From contig OY970067.1 in NCBI GenBank assembly GCA_963705305.1, positions 4,512,001 through 4,576,000 of the forward strand: a DNA stretch of 64,000 nucleotides, written 5' to 3'. The translations under genes and the position numbers were made by a program. Below the pieces are notes generated by a model. That model had not been told where the DNA came from, did not search any database, and saw only the letters and a list, made by a program, of their open reading frames with translations. Numbering within the stretch: position 1 is the stretch's first letter; each line of letters opens with the position of its first letter. Positions 38,974 through 48,686 of this stretch are shown here, one piece after another. This DNA comes from an uncultured Methylomirabilota bacterium (GTDB taxonomy: Bacteria; Methylomirabilota; Methylomirabilia; Methylomirabilales; 2-02-FULL-66-22).

Positions 38974-39738
38974 CTACTGATTCCGCTCGAAGAGGATGCG
39001 GAGACCGTTGAGGGTCAGGAGCGGGTCCACGTGGTCGACCAGCGTGGTCTCGCCCAGGAGGAGCGGGGCCAAGCCGCCCGTGGCCACCACCGTGGGTTGG
39101 CCGCCCAGCTCGACCCGGATGCGCGCCACCAGCCCCTCCACCAGGCTGAGGTAGCCGTAAAAGAGACCGGCCTGCATGCTGGCCACCGTGTTTTTGCCGA
39201 TGGCCGTCTTGGGGCGGGCGATCTCCACGCGGGGGAGCTTGGCCGCCCGCTGGAACAGGGCCTCCGAGGAGATCCCGATCCCCGGGCAGATGGCGCCTCC
39301 CAGGTATTCGCCGCGGGCGGAGATGGCGTCGAATGTCGTGGCGGTGCCGAAGTCCACAACGATGCAGGGTCCTCCATAGGTCTCGAACGCCGCCACCGCA
39401 TTGACGATGCGATCCGCCCCCACCTCGCGCGGCGCCTCGTACAGAATCGGCATGCCCGTCTTGATGCCGGGCCCCACCACCACCGGCTCCACGCCGAAGT
39501 ACTGCCGGCTCATGTCTTCCAGGGGCGCCTCGATGGGGGGGACGACGGTGGAGAGGATGACGGCCGTCACGCCGCGGAAGTCCAGCCCTGCGAAATCGAA
39601 GAGAGCCTTGATCAGGATCCCGTACTCGTCGCTGGTGCCCGCACGGCGGGTGGGGAGCCGCCAGTGGGCCTTGAGGACCATCTCCTCGAAGACGCCGATC
39701 ACCGTGTTGGTGTTGCCCACATCCAGCGCCAGCAGCAT
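38974..39738 (-). CDS. coaX: Type III pantothenate kinase
   Basis: LALDVGNT, VGADR, VDFGTATT and ATGG motifs. Confidence 0.95.
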   Translation of the reverse strand: MLLALDVGNTNTVIGVFEEMVLKAHWRLPTRRAGTSDEYGILIKALFDFAGLDFRGVTAVILSTVVPPIEAPLEDMSRQYFGVEPVVVGPGIKTGMPILYEAPREVGADRIVNAVAAFETYGGPCIVVDFGTATTFDAISARGEYLGGAICPGIGISSEALFQRAAKLPRVEIARPKTAIGKNTVASMQAGLFYGYLSLVEGLVARIRVELGGQPTVVATGGLAPLLLGETTLVDHVDPLLTLNGLRILFERNQ

Positions 39739-39756
39739 GAAGGCCTCCTGCAGCCT

Positions 39757-40051
39757 TTCAGGGGTCAAGGGTCAGTAGTCAGGGGTCAGTGGCCCTGTAT
39801 TCCACCTTCCCGTTCGGTCTTCCTTTGCGACCTTTGCGCCTTGGCGTGAGAACTCCGAGCCTGATCTCACGCAAAGATCGCCAAGCGCGCCAAGAAGAGC
39901 CTCACTGTTGTTTCAGATTCCCGATCCGAACCCGCCCCTATTCTACTTTGCGACCTTTGCGTGCTTTGCGTGAGACATGTTCTTGAACTTCCGTCCGCTC
40001 GTCCGCCTTTGCCCCGTCTCTCTGGTTCTCTGGTTCTCCGGTTTTCCGATC
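39757..40051. repeat. Mosaic of 7-mer (GTCAGNN), 9-mer (CTTTGCGNN) and 8-mer (CTCTGGTT) degenerate tandem repeats
   Basis: Five 7-mers at 39757-39791; 9-mer blocks at 39823-39851, 39865-39894 (inverted) and 39946-39975; 8-mers at 40012-40051. Confidence 0.65.
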
Positions 40052-40067
40052 CTGGGGCAGCAGCTGG

Positions 40068-40878
40068 TCAGACGGCGTCGCGGATGGAGACGTCGCCGGC
40101 GAGCACCCGATGGATTCGCCCCGCGTCATCCTGAACCAGCAGGGCCCCCTCCGCATCCAAGTCGCTTGCCAGACCGTTCCAGCCCACCCCTCCATCGCCG
40201 ACTTCCACCCGCTTCCCGATGGTCTCCATCCGGGCGCGGGCCGCCTCCACGATCGCCACCCCGCCGCCGTCGCAAAAGACGCCGTACCAGAACGTCCAGA
40301 CGATTGTACAGGGCGGCCGCGAGGTCGCCCCGGGCAAAGGCGCGTCCGCATGCCAATCGGAGCGAGGTCGCCGTTTCCGCCAGCCCGGCGGGAAAATCCT
40401 CCTGCCGCTGATTCACGTTGATCCCCACCCCCACCACGGTGCAGGCGACGCGGGCCCCTTCGGTCGCCATCTCCGTCAAGATACCGGCCACCTTCCTCCC
40501 CCCCAAGAGGACATCGTTGGGCCATTTGAGGCGGGGAAGTAGGCCGGCTTCCTTCTCGATGGCCTCCACGACCGCAACGCCCGCGGCCAGCGTCAGAAGG
40601 GAGCCTCCGGGAGGGCGCATGGCCGGCCGCAACAGGATCGAGGTGTAGAGGCCCAGTCCCGGCGGAGACGCCCAGACCCGTCCGCGCCGGCCCCGGCCGG
40701 CCGCCTGCCGGTCCGCCAGGACACAGAGCCCTTCCTCCTCGCCTCGACGGCCAGCCGCCATGGCCGTGGTATTGGTCGAGTCAACCGTCCCCAGGATCTC
40801 CAGGCGCCGCCCGATCACCTGTGAGGACAGTTGCGAGCGGATCCGCTCGGGTGCGATGTCCGGCGCGAGCCGTTCCAT
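40068..40878 (-). CDS. birA: Biotin-protein ligase BirA (no HTH domain), with a 1-nt frameshift near 40291
   Basis: DSTN, QAAGRGRRGRVW, KWPND and KVAGIL motifs. The C-terminal domain (GALLV...AGDV) continues in another frame after GAC GTT C TGG. Confidence 0.9.
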
Positions 40879-40922
40879 GGCCGGCCTTGCGGGGATCTCA
40901 GACCCCCGACGAATCCCCCTAG

Positions 40923-41116
40923 CAGGCTGCTGAAAAAGTCCCATCTGCGGGGACCCGTCCTGCGGACAGGTGCCCCCCGCGCTCCCGTGGCGCTGCGACG
41001 TACGCGCTGAGTACGCCTCGCGCCTACACCCACCCTACGGGCGGGTACCCGGCGCGGCGCCTTGCATCTGGGCCTTTTTGAGCAGCCTCAGCGAAAACGA
41101 GTCTTTCGGCGCCCTG
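40923..41116. mobile_element. MITE-like structured repeat, copy 3, flanked by CTAG direct repeats
   Basis: CTAG(40919-22) CAGGCTGCTGAAAAAG ... CTTTTTGAGCAGCCTC ... CTTTCGGCGCCCTG CTAG(41117-20); the right CTAG contains the valS stop codon. Confidence 0.75.
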
Positions 41117-43909
41117 CTAGGGGCGATGGGCCTCGACGTGGCTCAAGCTCTCCCGCAGCTTGGCCCGCAGCTGGAGCAGCTCCTCCCGGCTGGCCCGCTC
41201 GCGGCTGACCACTGCGGCGGGGGCCTTGCTCAGGAACTCGTCGTTGCCGAGCTTCTTGTTGATCCGCTCCAGACCCTGCTCAGCCTTCTGGAGCTCCCGG
41301 CCCAGTCGTCGCCGCTCCTCCTCCAGATCGATCACTCCCTCCAGGGGAACGTACACCTCGATCCCTTTGACCACGGCGGTGGCGGACAGCGCCGGCTTGA
41401 GGGCCGCTGCCCCGAACTCCAGCGAGGAAAGCCGTCCCAGGGTGATCAGGTAGTCCCGGCAGCCCCGCAGGACCGCGTCCTGGGTCTCCCCCGTCGTGCG
41501 GAGGATCAGCGGCACCCGCTGGGCGGGGGAGATATTGTGGCTGGAGCGGATATTGCGCACCTCCCGGGTGATCTCCATGAAGTAGGTCATGCTCTCCACC
41601 GCGTCGGGGAAGGCACGCGCAGGATCCACCTGGGGCCAGAGTGCCGTCATGATGCTGGCTCCCTGGTGAGGAAGGCGCTGCCAGATCTCCTCCGTGAGGA
41701 AAGGCATGATGGGGTGCAGCAGCCGCAAGGATTGCTCCAGCACATCCACCAGGAGGGTCCGCCCAATGCGCTGGTCCTCCCCATCCTCGGCGGACGCCAG
41801 CCGGTTCTTGACGATCTCGAGATACCAGTCGCAGTACTCGTGCCACAGGAACTGATACAAGAGGTTGGCGGCATCGTTGAAGCGGTAGGCTTCCAGGGAT
41901 TCCGTGACTCCGGCGACCACCTCGTTCAGCCGGCTCAGGATCCAGCGATCGGCCATGGTCAGGGGCAGCCCTGCCGGCTGGCCAGCCACCTCTTCGCCTT
42001 CTTTCAGATGCCCCGCCACAAACCGGTAGGCGTTCCAGATCTTGTTGCAAAAATGGCGGTAGCCCTCGATTCGCTTCACCGACAGCTTCACGTCGCTGCC
42101 TTGGCCCGCCAAAGCCGCCAAGGTGAAGCGCAGCGCATCCGCCCCGAACGCCGGGAACCCCTCGGGGAACTGCCGCCGCATGCTCTCCTGTACCTCGGGC
42201 GAGGCCCCCTCCAGCAGTTCGCCCAGGCTGGCCCCGTTGATCACGTGCAGGGGATCCAGGACATTCCCCCGCGTCTTGGACATCTTCTCGCCCTGCTCGT
42301 CCCGGATCAGGCCGTGAATGACCACGTCCCTGAAGGGAACATCCCCCATGAATCGGAGGCCCATCATGATCATGCGGGCCACCCAGAAGAACAGGATGTC
42401 GAACCCCGTGACCAGGCAGGAGGTCGGATAGTAGACCGCCAGCTCCCGTGTCCGCTCGGGCCAGCCCAGGGTCGAGAACGGCCAAAGCGCCGAGCTGAAC
42501 CAGGTGTCCAGGACGTCGGTTTCCTGCCGCAGACTCGCGCTCCCGCAGCGCGGGCAGGCTGTCGGCGTCGTGCGGGAAACGATGGTTTCCCCGCAGGGGT
42601 CGCAGTACCAGGCGGGGATGCGATGGCCCCACCAGATCTGGCGCGACACGCACCAGTCGCGGATGTTGCGCATCCATTCGAAGTAGGTCTTTTCCCACAG
42701 ACTGGGGACGATCCGGATCCGCCCCGACTCCACCGCCTGGATGGCCGGCTCGGCCAGCGGCTGCATGCGTACGAACCACTGGCGAGACAGGGACGGCTCG
42801 ACCACCGTCTGGCAGCGATAGCAGTGGCCCACGGCGTGCTGATGGTCCTCGACGCGCACCAGGAAGCCGTCGCGCTGGAGATCCTTGACCAGCTGGGTTC
42901 GGCAGGCGAACCGATCCATCCCCTGGTACGGTCCGGCGTTGGCGTTCATCCGGCCGTCTTCGGCGATGACCTTGATCTGCGGCAGATCATGGCGCAGGCC
43001 GCACTCGAAGTCCTTGGGGTCGTGCGCCGGGGTCACCTTGACCAGCCCGGTGCCGAATTCCCGATCCACATAGGCGTCGGCAATGACAGGAATCTCGCGA
43101 TTCATGACCGGCAGCAAGACCTTCCGCCCCACCAATCCGGTGAAGCGCGCGTCGTCGGGATGTACGGCCACGGCCGTATCTCCCAGCATGGTTTCCGGAC
43201 GCGTCGTGGCCACCACCACCTCACCGGCACCCGAGACCAGCGGGTACCGGATGTGCCAGAGCTTGCCCATCCGATCGGAGTACTCCACCTCCAGATCCGA
43301 CAGGGCTGTCTGGCAGCGAGGACACCAGTTGATGATGTAATCCCCCCGGTACATCAGGCCGGCGTCGTACAGCTGGCAGAAGACCTCCTTGACCGCCTCA
43401 GAGAGTCCGGGGTCCAGCGTGAATCGCTGGCGATCCCAATCGCAGGAGGCCCCCAGCGTTCGGAGCTGCCGGATGATGGTCCCCCCGGATTCCTGCTTCC
43501 ACCTCCACACCCGCTCCACGAAGGCTTCACGCCCGAGCTGCTCGCGGGTCAATCCCTCCTGCCGGAGCTGCCGCTCGACCACATTCTGCGTGGCGATGCC
43601 GGCATGGTCCGTGCCCGGCATCCAGAGGGTGTTGTCCCCCCGCATCCGGTGCCAGCGGATGAGGATGTCCTGCAAGGTGTTATTGAGCGCGTGTCCCATG
43701 TGGAGCGAGCCGGTCACGTTGGGGGGCGGAATGACAATGCAATACGGGGGAGACCCGGCGGCCTCATCCGCGTGAAACAGCCGGTGCGCCTCCCAATCCC
43801 GGTACCACCGCTCCTCCACCCCGCGTGGGTCATACCCCTGTTTCCCGGAAAGCTCCGTCTCGGGGCTCGGGGAGCCCTGAACACGGACTGGCTCGCCATG
43901 CTCGGTCAT
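41117..43909 (-). CDS. valS: Valine--tRNA ligase
   Basis: [36 protein letters not shown] and a C-terminal coiled coil. Confidence 0.98.
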   Translation of the reverse strand: MTEHGEPVRVQGSPSPETELSGKQGYDPRGVEERWYRDWEAHRLFHADEAAGSPPYCIVIPPPNVTGSLHMGHALNNTLQDILIRWHRMRGDNTLWMPGTDHAGIATQNVVERQLRQEGLTREQLGREAFVERVWRWKQESGGTIIRQLRTLGASCDWDRQRFTLDPGLSEAVKEVFCQLYDAGLMYRGDYIINWCPRCQTALSDLEVEYSDRMGKLWHIRYPLVSGAGEVVVATTRPETMLGDTAVAVHPDDARFTGLVGRKVLLPVMNREIPVIADAYVDREFGTGLVKVTPAHDPKDFECGLRHDLPQIKVIAEDGRMNANAGPYQGMDRFACRTQLVKDLQRDGFLVRVEDHQHAVGHCYRCQTVVEPSLSRQWFVRMQPLAEPAIQAVESGRIRIVPSLWEKTYFEWMRNIRDWCVSRQIWWGHRIPAWYCDPCGETIVSRTTPTACPRCGSASLRQETDVLDTWFSSALWPFSTLGWPERTRELAVYYPTSCLVTGFDILFFWVARMIMMGLRFMGDVPFRDVVIHGLIRDEQGEKMSKTRGNVLDPLHVINGASLGELLEGASPEVQESMRRQFPEGFPAFGADALRFTLAALAGQGSDVKLSVKRIEGYRHFCNKIWNAYRFVAGHLKEGEEVAGQPAGLPLTMADRWILSRLNEVVAGVTESLEAYRFNDAANLLYQFLWHEYCDWYLEIVKNRLASAEDGEDQRIGRTLLVDVLEQSLRLLHPIMPFLTEEIWQRLPHQGASIMTALWPQVDPARAFPDAVESMTYFMEITREVRNIRSSHNISPAQRVPLILRTTGETQDAVLRGCRDYLITLGRLSSLEFGAAALKPALSATAVVKGIEVYVPLEGVIDLEEERRRLGRELQKAEQGLERINKKLGNDEFLSKAPAAVVSRERASREELLQLRAKLRESLSHVEAHRP

Positions 43910-44011
43910 GCTGTGCTCCCAAAATGAACGGGGACGCGCCGAACGAGATGCGGCCCGGTCAAGGGCCGCCGGCGCCCCGTTCGATTCATCCCCGGTCGGA
44001 ACGTAATCGCC

Positions 44012-45637
44012 TCAGGATGCCTTCTGATCGTCCGCGATCTGCCGGATGCGCTCGATCTCCCTGGCGATCAATACCTCGGCGAGGTCGGGGACCACCTCCC
44101 AGACGACCCGCTCGATACGCTCCAGCACCCTGTCGGTCAGCTCCTGCTTCAGGTCGCGCGCCACCCGCTCTGTGACGGCTTCCCTGAGCGCGTCCATCTC
44201 CCCGCCCGCCTTCGCCGGTGCAAACGGCGCCGGCTCCGGCGCTGCAGATGCCTCCATCGCCGGGGCCTCGGGCAGCTCGGCCCGGGCCGGTGCCGGCTCC
44301 GGCAGCGTCACCCCCTCCGCAGGCGGAGCCGGGGCCGCCAGATCGAGGGATGGAGCGGCCTCGACGGCATCGGAAAGCCTCAACTCGACCGGAATCGCTT
44401 CCAGCCCCTCCACAGCAATCGCATCCTGCTCCACTTCCGGCTCGGCCGCGGCGGACGGCTTCTCGGGCGCCGCTTCCCGGCTGGCGGCCTCCAGGGGAGA
44501 CTCCAGCTCCAGCTCGCCCAAAATCGATGCGGCCTCCCCGGTCGGAGCGGCGACCGCCTCCGGAGCGGACGTCAGATCTTCGATGGAAAAGGCCGGGGAC
44601 TCGGGCTGTCCGACCGGGACCATCGACAACGGCGGCGTCTCCTCATCCAGGGCAAGCTCGAAGACCGCCCCCGCCTCCCCCCCGGCCGGGGACATCGGCT
44701 CCTCCGGGGAGACGACCGGTGCGCTCTCTACGCCCGCGGCCAGCAGATCATCCAAGGAGAGGCTCTCTGGCACCCCGAGGTTGCTCGGCTCCGCCGGTGA
44801 CGGGGTCTCTGAGGGCACCAGGTCGAGCTCCAGAGACTCCGGCTGTGCCGCAACCGATTCGGTCGACACCAGGTCGTCGGTCCGCCTTTCCGGTCCGCCC
44901 GGCGCGACCGCAGCCTCCGCGGGGGACGGCTCCAACTCGAGCACGAGCTCCTCCGCGGGGGATGTCTCAACTCGGACGGCAGGCGCGCTTCGGTTTGTCT
45001 CGGCCGCCGGTGATTCCAGCCGGGGCTCGGCAGATGGCAGGCCGAGATCGAGCGTGCTCACCTCCGGCGCCGGGGACTTGACGGCCGGAGCCGCAGGCGG
45101 CGCGGCGGCGACGCCGGGGAGCGTCGAGGCCGGCGGAGAGTCCAGCAGCTGCCAGAGCTGATCCTGCGAGATCTCTTCCGTGGGGGGGGAGAGGGTGAAC
45201 GAAGAGGCTGCGGCCGCGGCAGCTCCCCGGGACGCCGCGGCATCTGCCGCCGGCGTGCCCTCCACCGTCCTGGCGAACAGCAACTGCTTAACCTTGCTGA
45301 TCAGCACCTGCGACTCGAACGGCTTGGTTACGTAATCCGTCGCACCCGAGTGGACCGCGCGCTCTCGGTCGAAGGACTCGAAGGTTCCCACCAGGAGGAC
45401 GATGGGAACCGCTCGCTGACCGAGCTCCTCGCGAATGGCCCGACACACCTCGTAGCCATTCTTGTCGGGCATGACCAGATCCAGCAGGATGAGGTCCGGC
45501 CGCTCTTCTCTGGCCCGGCGGATTGCTTCCTCGCCGCTCCGCGCCTGAACGAGGACGAAATTCTCCTTGTTGAAGGTGAGCTCGACCACCTTTTGGATCG
45601 TCACGCTGTCATCCGCGACCAGGATTCGAGCGCTCAT
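44012..45637 (-). CDS. RomR-like response regulator (receiver domain + long acidic Pro/Ala-rich linker + RomR-type C-terminus)
   Basis: ILVADDSVTIQKVV..LLDLVMP..KPF receiver; roughly 350 aa low-complexity E/P/A linker; C-terminal IERVVWEVVPDLAEVLIAREIERI. Confidence 0.8.
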   Translation of the reverse strand: MSARILVADDSVTIQKVVELTFNKENFVLVQARSGEEAIRRAREERPDLILLDLVMPDKNGYEVCRAIREELGQRAVPIVLLVGTFESFDRERAVHSGATDYVTKPFESQVLISKVKQLLFARTVEGTPAADAAASRGAAAAAASSFTLSPPTEEISQDQLWQLLDSPPASTLPGVAAAPPAAPAVKSPAPEVSTLDLGLPSAEPRLESPAAETNRSAPAVRVETSPAEELVLELEPSPAEAAVAPGGPERRTDDLVSTESVAAQPESLELDLVPSETPSPAEPSNLGVPESLSLDDLLAAGVESAPVVSPEEPMSPAGGEAGAVFELALDEETPPLSMVPVGQPESPAFSIEDLTSAPEAVAAPTGEAASILGELELESPLEAASREAAPEKPSAAAEPEVEQDAIAVEGLEAIPVELRLSDAVEAAPSLDLAAPAPPAEGVTLPEPAPARAELPEAPAMEASAAPEPAPFAPAKAGGEMDALREAVTERVARDLKQELTDRVLERIERVVWEVVPDLAEVLIAREIERIRQIADDQKAS

Positions 45638-45794
45638 CGGATCCTCCCGGGCCCGTCCGACCCGCCTCCTCGTGCTGGCGGCCCGGCCTTCGGCCAGAAT
45701 GTCCCGCGTGCTCCCGCCTCTCGAACCGGACCGCCGCTCCGCCCGCCTTCTCCAGAGCCCGCCCGGTCGTACCGCGGGTCCGCCCGGCCCTCGC

Positions 45795-46280
45795 CTACAC
45801 CAGCAGCCTGATCGGCTCCGTCGACGCCAGCAGCCTTGCCAGATCCACCCATACGATGGCGCGGCCACCGGAATTGGCCACCCCACGGATGAACTCCGCC
45901 CGCAGACCGAATACCTTCGGTGGAGGGGACAGCACGGACTCGGCCGGGAGGGTCATGACTTGGTGAACGCCGTCCACCACCAGGCACACACCCGGCTCGT
46001 GTCCGACCCCCTTGACGACCAAGACGGCGGGGTGTGCCGGCCCCACGTCCGCCAGCCCAAACCGCTTCCGCAGGCTGACCACCGGAAGGAAGAGACCCCG
46101 GTGCTCCATCACCCCGTCCACGTACGGAGGTCGTCGGGGGGTCCGGGTCGGCCGGCAATAATCAACGATCTGGACCATGTGCTCCAGGTCCAGGGCAAAA
46201 AGTCTCCCCGCCACCTGGAAGATCAGGACGGACGCCTGCTTCGCGCTCTGAGGCCTGCGGTTGGAAGCCGCCTGCGTCAT
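45795..46280 (-). CDS. CheW-like protein
   Basis: LIFQVAGRLFAL, TRTPRRPPYVDGVMEHRG..PVVSLRKRFG, LVVDGV, FIRGV. Confidence 0.88.
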   Translation of the reverse strand: MTQAASNRRPQSAKQASVLIFQVAGRLFALDLEHMVQIVDYCRPTRTPRRPPYVDGVMEHRGLFLPVVSLRKRFGLADVGPAHPAVLVVKGVGHEPGVCLVVDGVHQVMTLPAESVLSPPPKVFGLRAEFIRGVANSGGRAIVWVDLARLLASTEPIRLLV

Positions 46281-46819
46281 GGTTGCCGATCGATCGCCTC
46301 GCCGGAGGCATCCGACTGCTCGGGAAACCGCGCGACCTCGTCCATGCCCCCGAATCCGTCCTCGGAAAGCAGGAGGACGGCGCCGCCCCGGTGGCTGAAG
46401 ACTCCTCGGAACAGTGTGAGACTCAACTGGGTCGCCAGCGCCGGCACTGGCGCGATCCGCGGCGGGTCCACCTCATCGACACCCAGCACCTCTTCCACCA
46501 GAAGGCCCATGGCCCTCCCCTGGCCCCGAATCAACAGAACCCGCGCTGTGGCCGGCACTTGGTCGGAGGGAGTCCCGAAAAGCTCGCTCACCCGAATCAA
46601 CGGCAGCCTGTCCCCACGATATGCCAGCGAGGTGCAGAACTGGTACGATGGGGTGGGGAGCATGGTCACCCCCTCCGGCATCAAAACCTCCCACAGGCCT
46701 CGCAGCCCGATGCCGTAGGTCTCCTCACCCACCCGAAACAGCAGAACCTGCTCTCCGCCCTTCGTCGATTTCGGCGACCGGTTCTGGACCCGCCGCTTCG
46801 CCAGCGATAGAGGCGCCAC
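46277..46819 (-). CDS. CheW-like protein
   Basis: LLFRVGEETYGI, YRGDRLPLI, GLLVEEV, FRGV. GTG at 46819 follows GGGAGG and lies downstream of the promoter at 46869-46897. Confidence 0.82.
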   Translation of the reverse strand: MAPLSLAKRRVQNRSPKSTKGGEQVLLFRVGEETYGIGLRGLWEVLMPEGVTMLPTPSYQFCTSLAYRGDRLPLIRVSELFGTPSDQVPATARVLLIRGQGRAMGLLVEEVLGVDEVDPPRIAPVPALATQLSLTLFRGVFSHRGGAVLLLSEDGFGGMDEVARFPEQSDASGEAIDRQP

Positions 46820-46868
46820 GCCCCCCCTCCCGTGCGCTCGTTCGTGCTTCAAGACCGCGCGTGGCGTC

Positions 46869-46897
46869 ACAATACCGAGCAGCCTCCGCATTGTCAA
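46869..46897 (-). promoter_or_regulatory. Putative sigma70 promoter of the cheW-cheW-romR-like-valS run
   Basis: Minus-strand TTGACA-17 nt-TATTGT. Confidence 0.65.
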
Positions 46898-47256
46898 GCC
46901 ATTTCCCTGCCGATAAGCCTGCATGAAACCTCGTAACTACTCACAGGCACAGGCTGCGCGGCCTCAATGCATTTGTCGGACCATTCAGTCTCCTCGATCC
47001 GCCAGTCTGCCCCTCCCTTTTTTTCGGACAGATGCCTCCTGGAAGGCCTCATCCGGCGGCCCGGCGTACTTGCGGCTAATCCGGGCGCGGGCCGCATTCA
47101 GCTCACAAGAGCGCCCAGGCCTGCCAATCGCTCGATGGTGAGAGCCAGGATGATGAGGCGGATTTCCAGCGTGGAGGCTGCGGCGATGGCCAGCTGACCG
47201 CCCTCGAACTGGAGGCAGTCGAGTCTCATCGCGCGCGCCGGGCGCAGACTTTGTCG

Positions 47257-47285
47257 TTGACTTTTACCCCCGCCCTGGATAGGGT
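47257..47285 (+). promoter_or_regulatory. Putative sigma70 promoter of ilvE
   Basis: TTGACT-17 nt-TAGGGT. Confidence 0.45.
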
Positions 47286-47321
47286 GAGGACGAAGGGACA
47301 TTCGGGCCGATTACAAGGGAG

Positions 47322-48239
47322 ATGCCCATGCAGACTGTCTATTTTCACAACCAGTTCGTGCCCCTCGCCGATGCCAAGGTGAGCATCCGGACGAATGCCC
47401 TGCAGTACGGCACGGGCGTGTTCGAGGGCATCCGCGCGTATTGGAACGCCGGGGAGTCGCAGCTGTTCGTCTTCAAGCTTCCCGAGCACTATGAGCGCAT
47501 GCTCAACAACTGCCGGGTCTTGCGGCTGAAGGTCCCGCACAACGTCAAGGAGCTCTGCGCCATCACGGTGGATCTCTTGCGCCGCAATCAGCCTAAAGAG
47601 GACACCTACATCCGCCCCATCGCCTACATCAGCTCCGAGGGCATCGGGCCCAAGCTGATCGGCTACGAAACCGGATTTGCCATATACACTCTCCCCCTCG
47701 GGGAGTACATCGATACCTCCCGGGGCATCAAGGTCGGCTGCTCCTCGTGGCGGCGCATCAGCGACAACACCATCCCCGCCCGCTGCAAAGTGACCGGCGG
47801 CTATGTGAATTCGGCCCTGGCCAAGACCGAGGCCCTGGACCAGGGCTTGGACGAGGCCGTCTTTCTCACCCAGGACGGATTCGTGTCCGAAGGCTCTGCG
47901 GAAAATCTTTTTCTGGTGCGAAACGGGAGCTTGGTGACGCCGGATTTGTCCCAAGACATTCTGGAGGGTATCACCCGCGACGTTTTGCTGACGCTCTGCC
48001 GGGAGGAGCTCGGGCTGACCGTCAGCGAGCGTCTGGTGGGACGCACAGAGCTATACGTGGCGGAAGAACTCTTTTTGTGCGGGACCGGCGCCCAGATCTC
48101 GCCGGTCGTCGAGGTAGACCGCCGGCCGGTCGGCAGCGGTCGCATCGGCCCCATCACGGCCCGCATCCAGCAGCTCTACTTCGAGGTCGTCAAGGGGCGC
48201 CACCCCAAGTACCGCCACTGGTGCACGCCCGTCTACTGA
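47322..48239 (+). CDS. ilvE: Branched-chain amino acid aminotransferase
   Basis: LQYGTGVFEGIRAY, KVTGGYVNS, EGSAEN, ILEGITR, CGTGA. Confidence 0.95.
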   Translation: MPMQTVYFHNQFVPLADAKVSIRTNALQYGTGVFEGIRAYWNAGESQLFVFKLPEHYERMLNNCRVLRLKVPHNVKELCAITVDLLRRNQPKEDTYIRPIAYISSEGIGPKLIGYETGFAIYTLPLGEYIDTSRGIKVGCSSWRRISDNTIPARCKVTGGYVNSALAKTEALDQGLDEAVFLTQDGFVSEGSAENLFLVRNGSLVTPDLSQDILEGITRDVLLTLCREELGLTVSERLVGRTELYVAEELFLCGTGAQISPVVEVDRRPVGSGRIGPITARIQQLYFEVVKGRHPKYRHWCTPVY

Positions 48240-48274
48240 CGACCCAGATACCACGGCACCCGACCCTTAACCTG

Positions 48275-48306
48275 CCACGCGGCCCGGGAATTCCCGGGCC
48301 GCGTGG
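48275..48306. repeat. 32-bp perfect palindrome between convergent genes (possible bidirectional terminator or binding site)
   Basis: CCACGCGGCCCGGGAA|TTCCCGGGCCGCGTGG. Confidence 0.7.
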
Positions 48307-48344
48307 TCAATCGGGCCGTCGTCGCGCTCCTGCCGGGCCGCCCG

Positions 48345-48617
48345 CTACCAGATCCTGGACGGCACCTCCCCTTGCCCCTTCACCAGGATATCCACAACCG
48401 CCAGATCGAAATAATCGACCTCGGCCGCCACCGCGGCATCCACGTTCTTCTCGTAGTAGCGGCGTCCCTCCTGCAGCTCTTTCTCCAGGAGCTCGAAGAG
48501 GGTGTCGTTTTTCACCCCTTCCGCAATCTTCTCTTTATTGTAGAGCGCGATCTCCCCCACGATCAGTCGGGCCAAACGCTGCGCGCGTGCATGCGGGCTG
48601 TTCCGTTCATTGGCCAT
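48345..48617 (-). CDS. RomX-like small protein
   Basis: 90 aa; AQRLARLIVGEIALYNKEKI..G...D.LFE.L..EL.EGR..Y...V ... SRIW matches the Myxococcus RomX pattern as I recall it. Confidence 0.75.
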   Translation of the reverse strand: MANERNSPHARAQRLARLIVGEIALYNKEKIAEGVKNDTLFELLEKELQEGRRYYEKNVDAAVAAEVDYFDLAVVDILVKGQGEVPSRIW

Positions 48618-48686
48618 GAGTGCCTTCCTGCCGATACCGCGGTAGCCTGGTGCCGATGATGGCGAGAGCCAGCGGAAACGCCATGC

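Noticed and set aside
39757..40051. CRISPR array interpretation of the periodic repeats
   Set aside because: Units are 7-9 nt, tandem and have no spacers; no cas genes in the window.
858..43927. Many long antisense and alternate-frame ORFs (e.g. 5192-7522, 27777-30449, 40970-43927)
   Set aside because: Shadow ORFs expected in GC-rich DNA opposite well-supported genes; no recognisable motifs.
47098..47301. Small hydrophobic minus-strand ORF between cheW and ilvE
   Set aside because: No clear SD or motif, and it overlaps the predicted ilvE promoter; cannot be supported.
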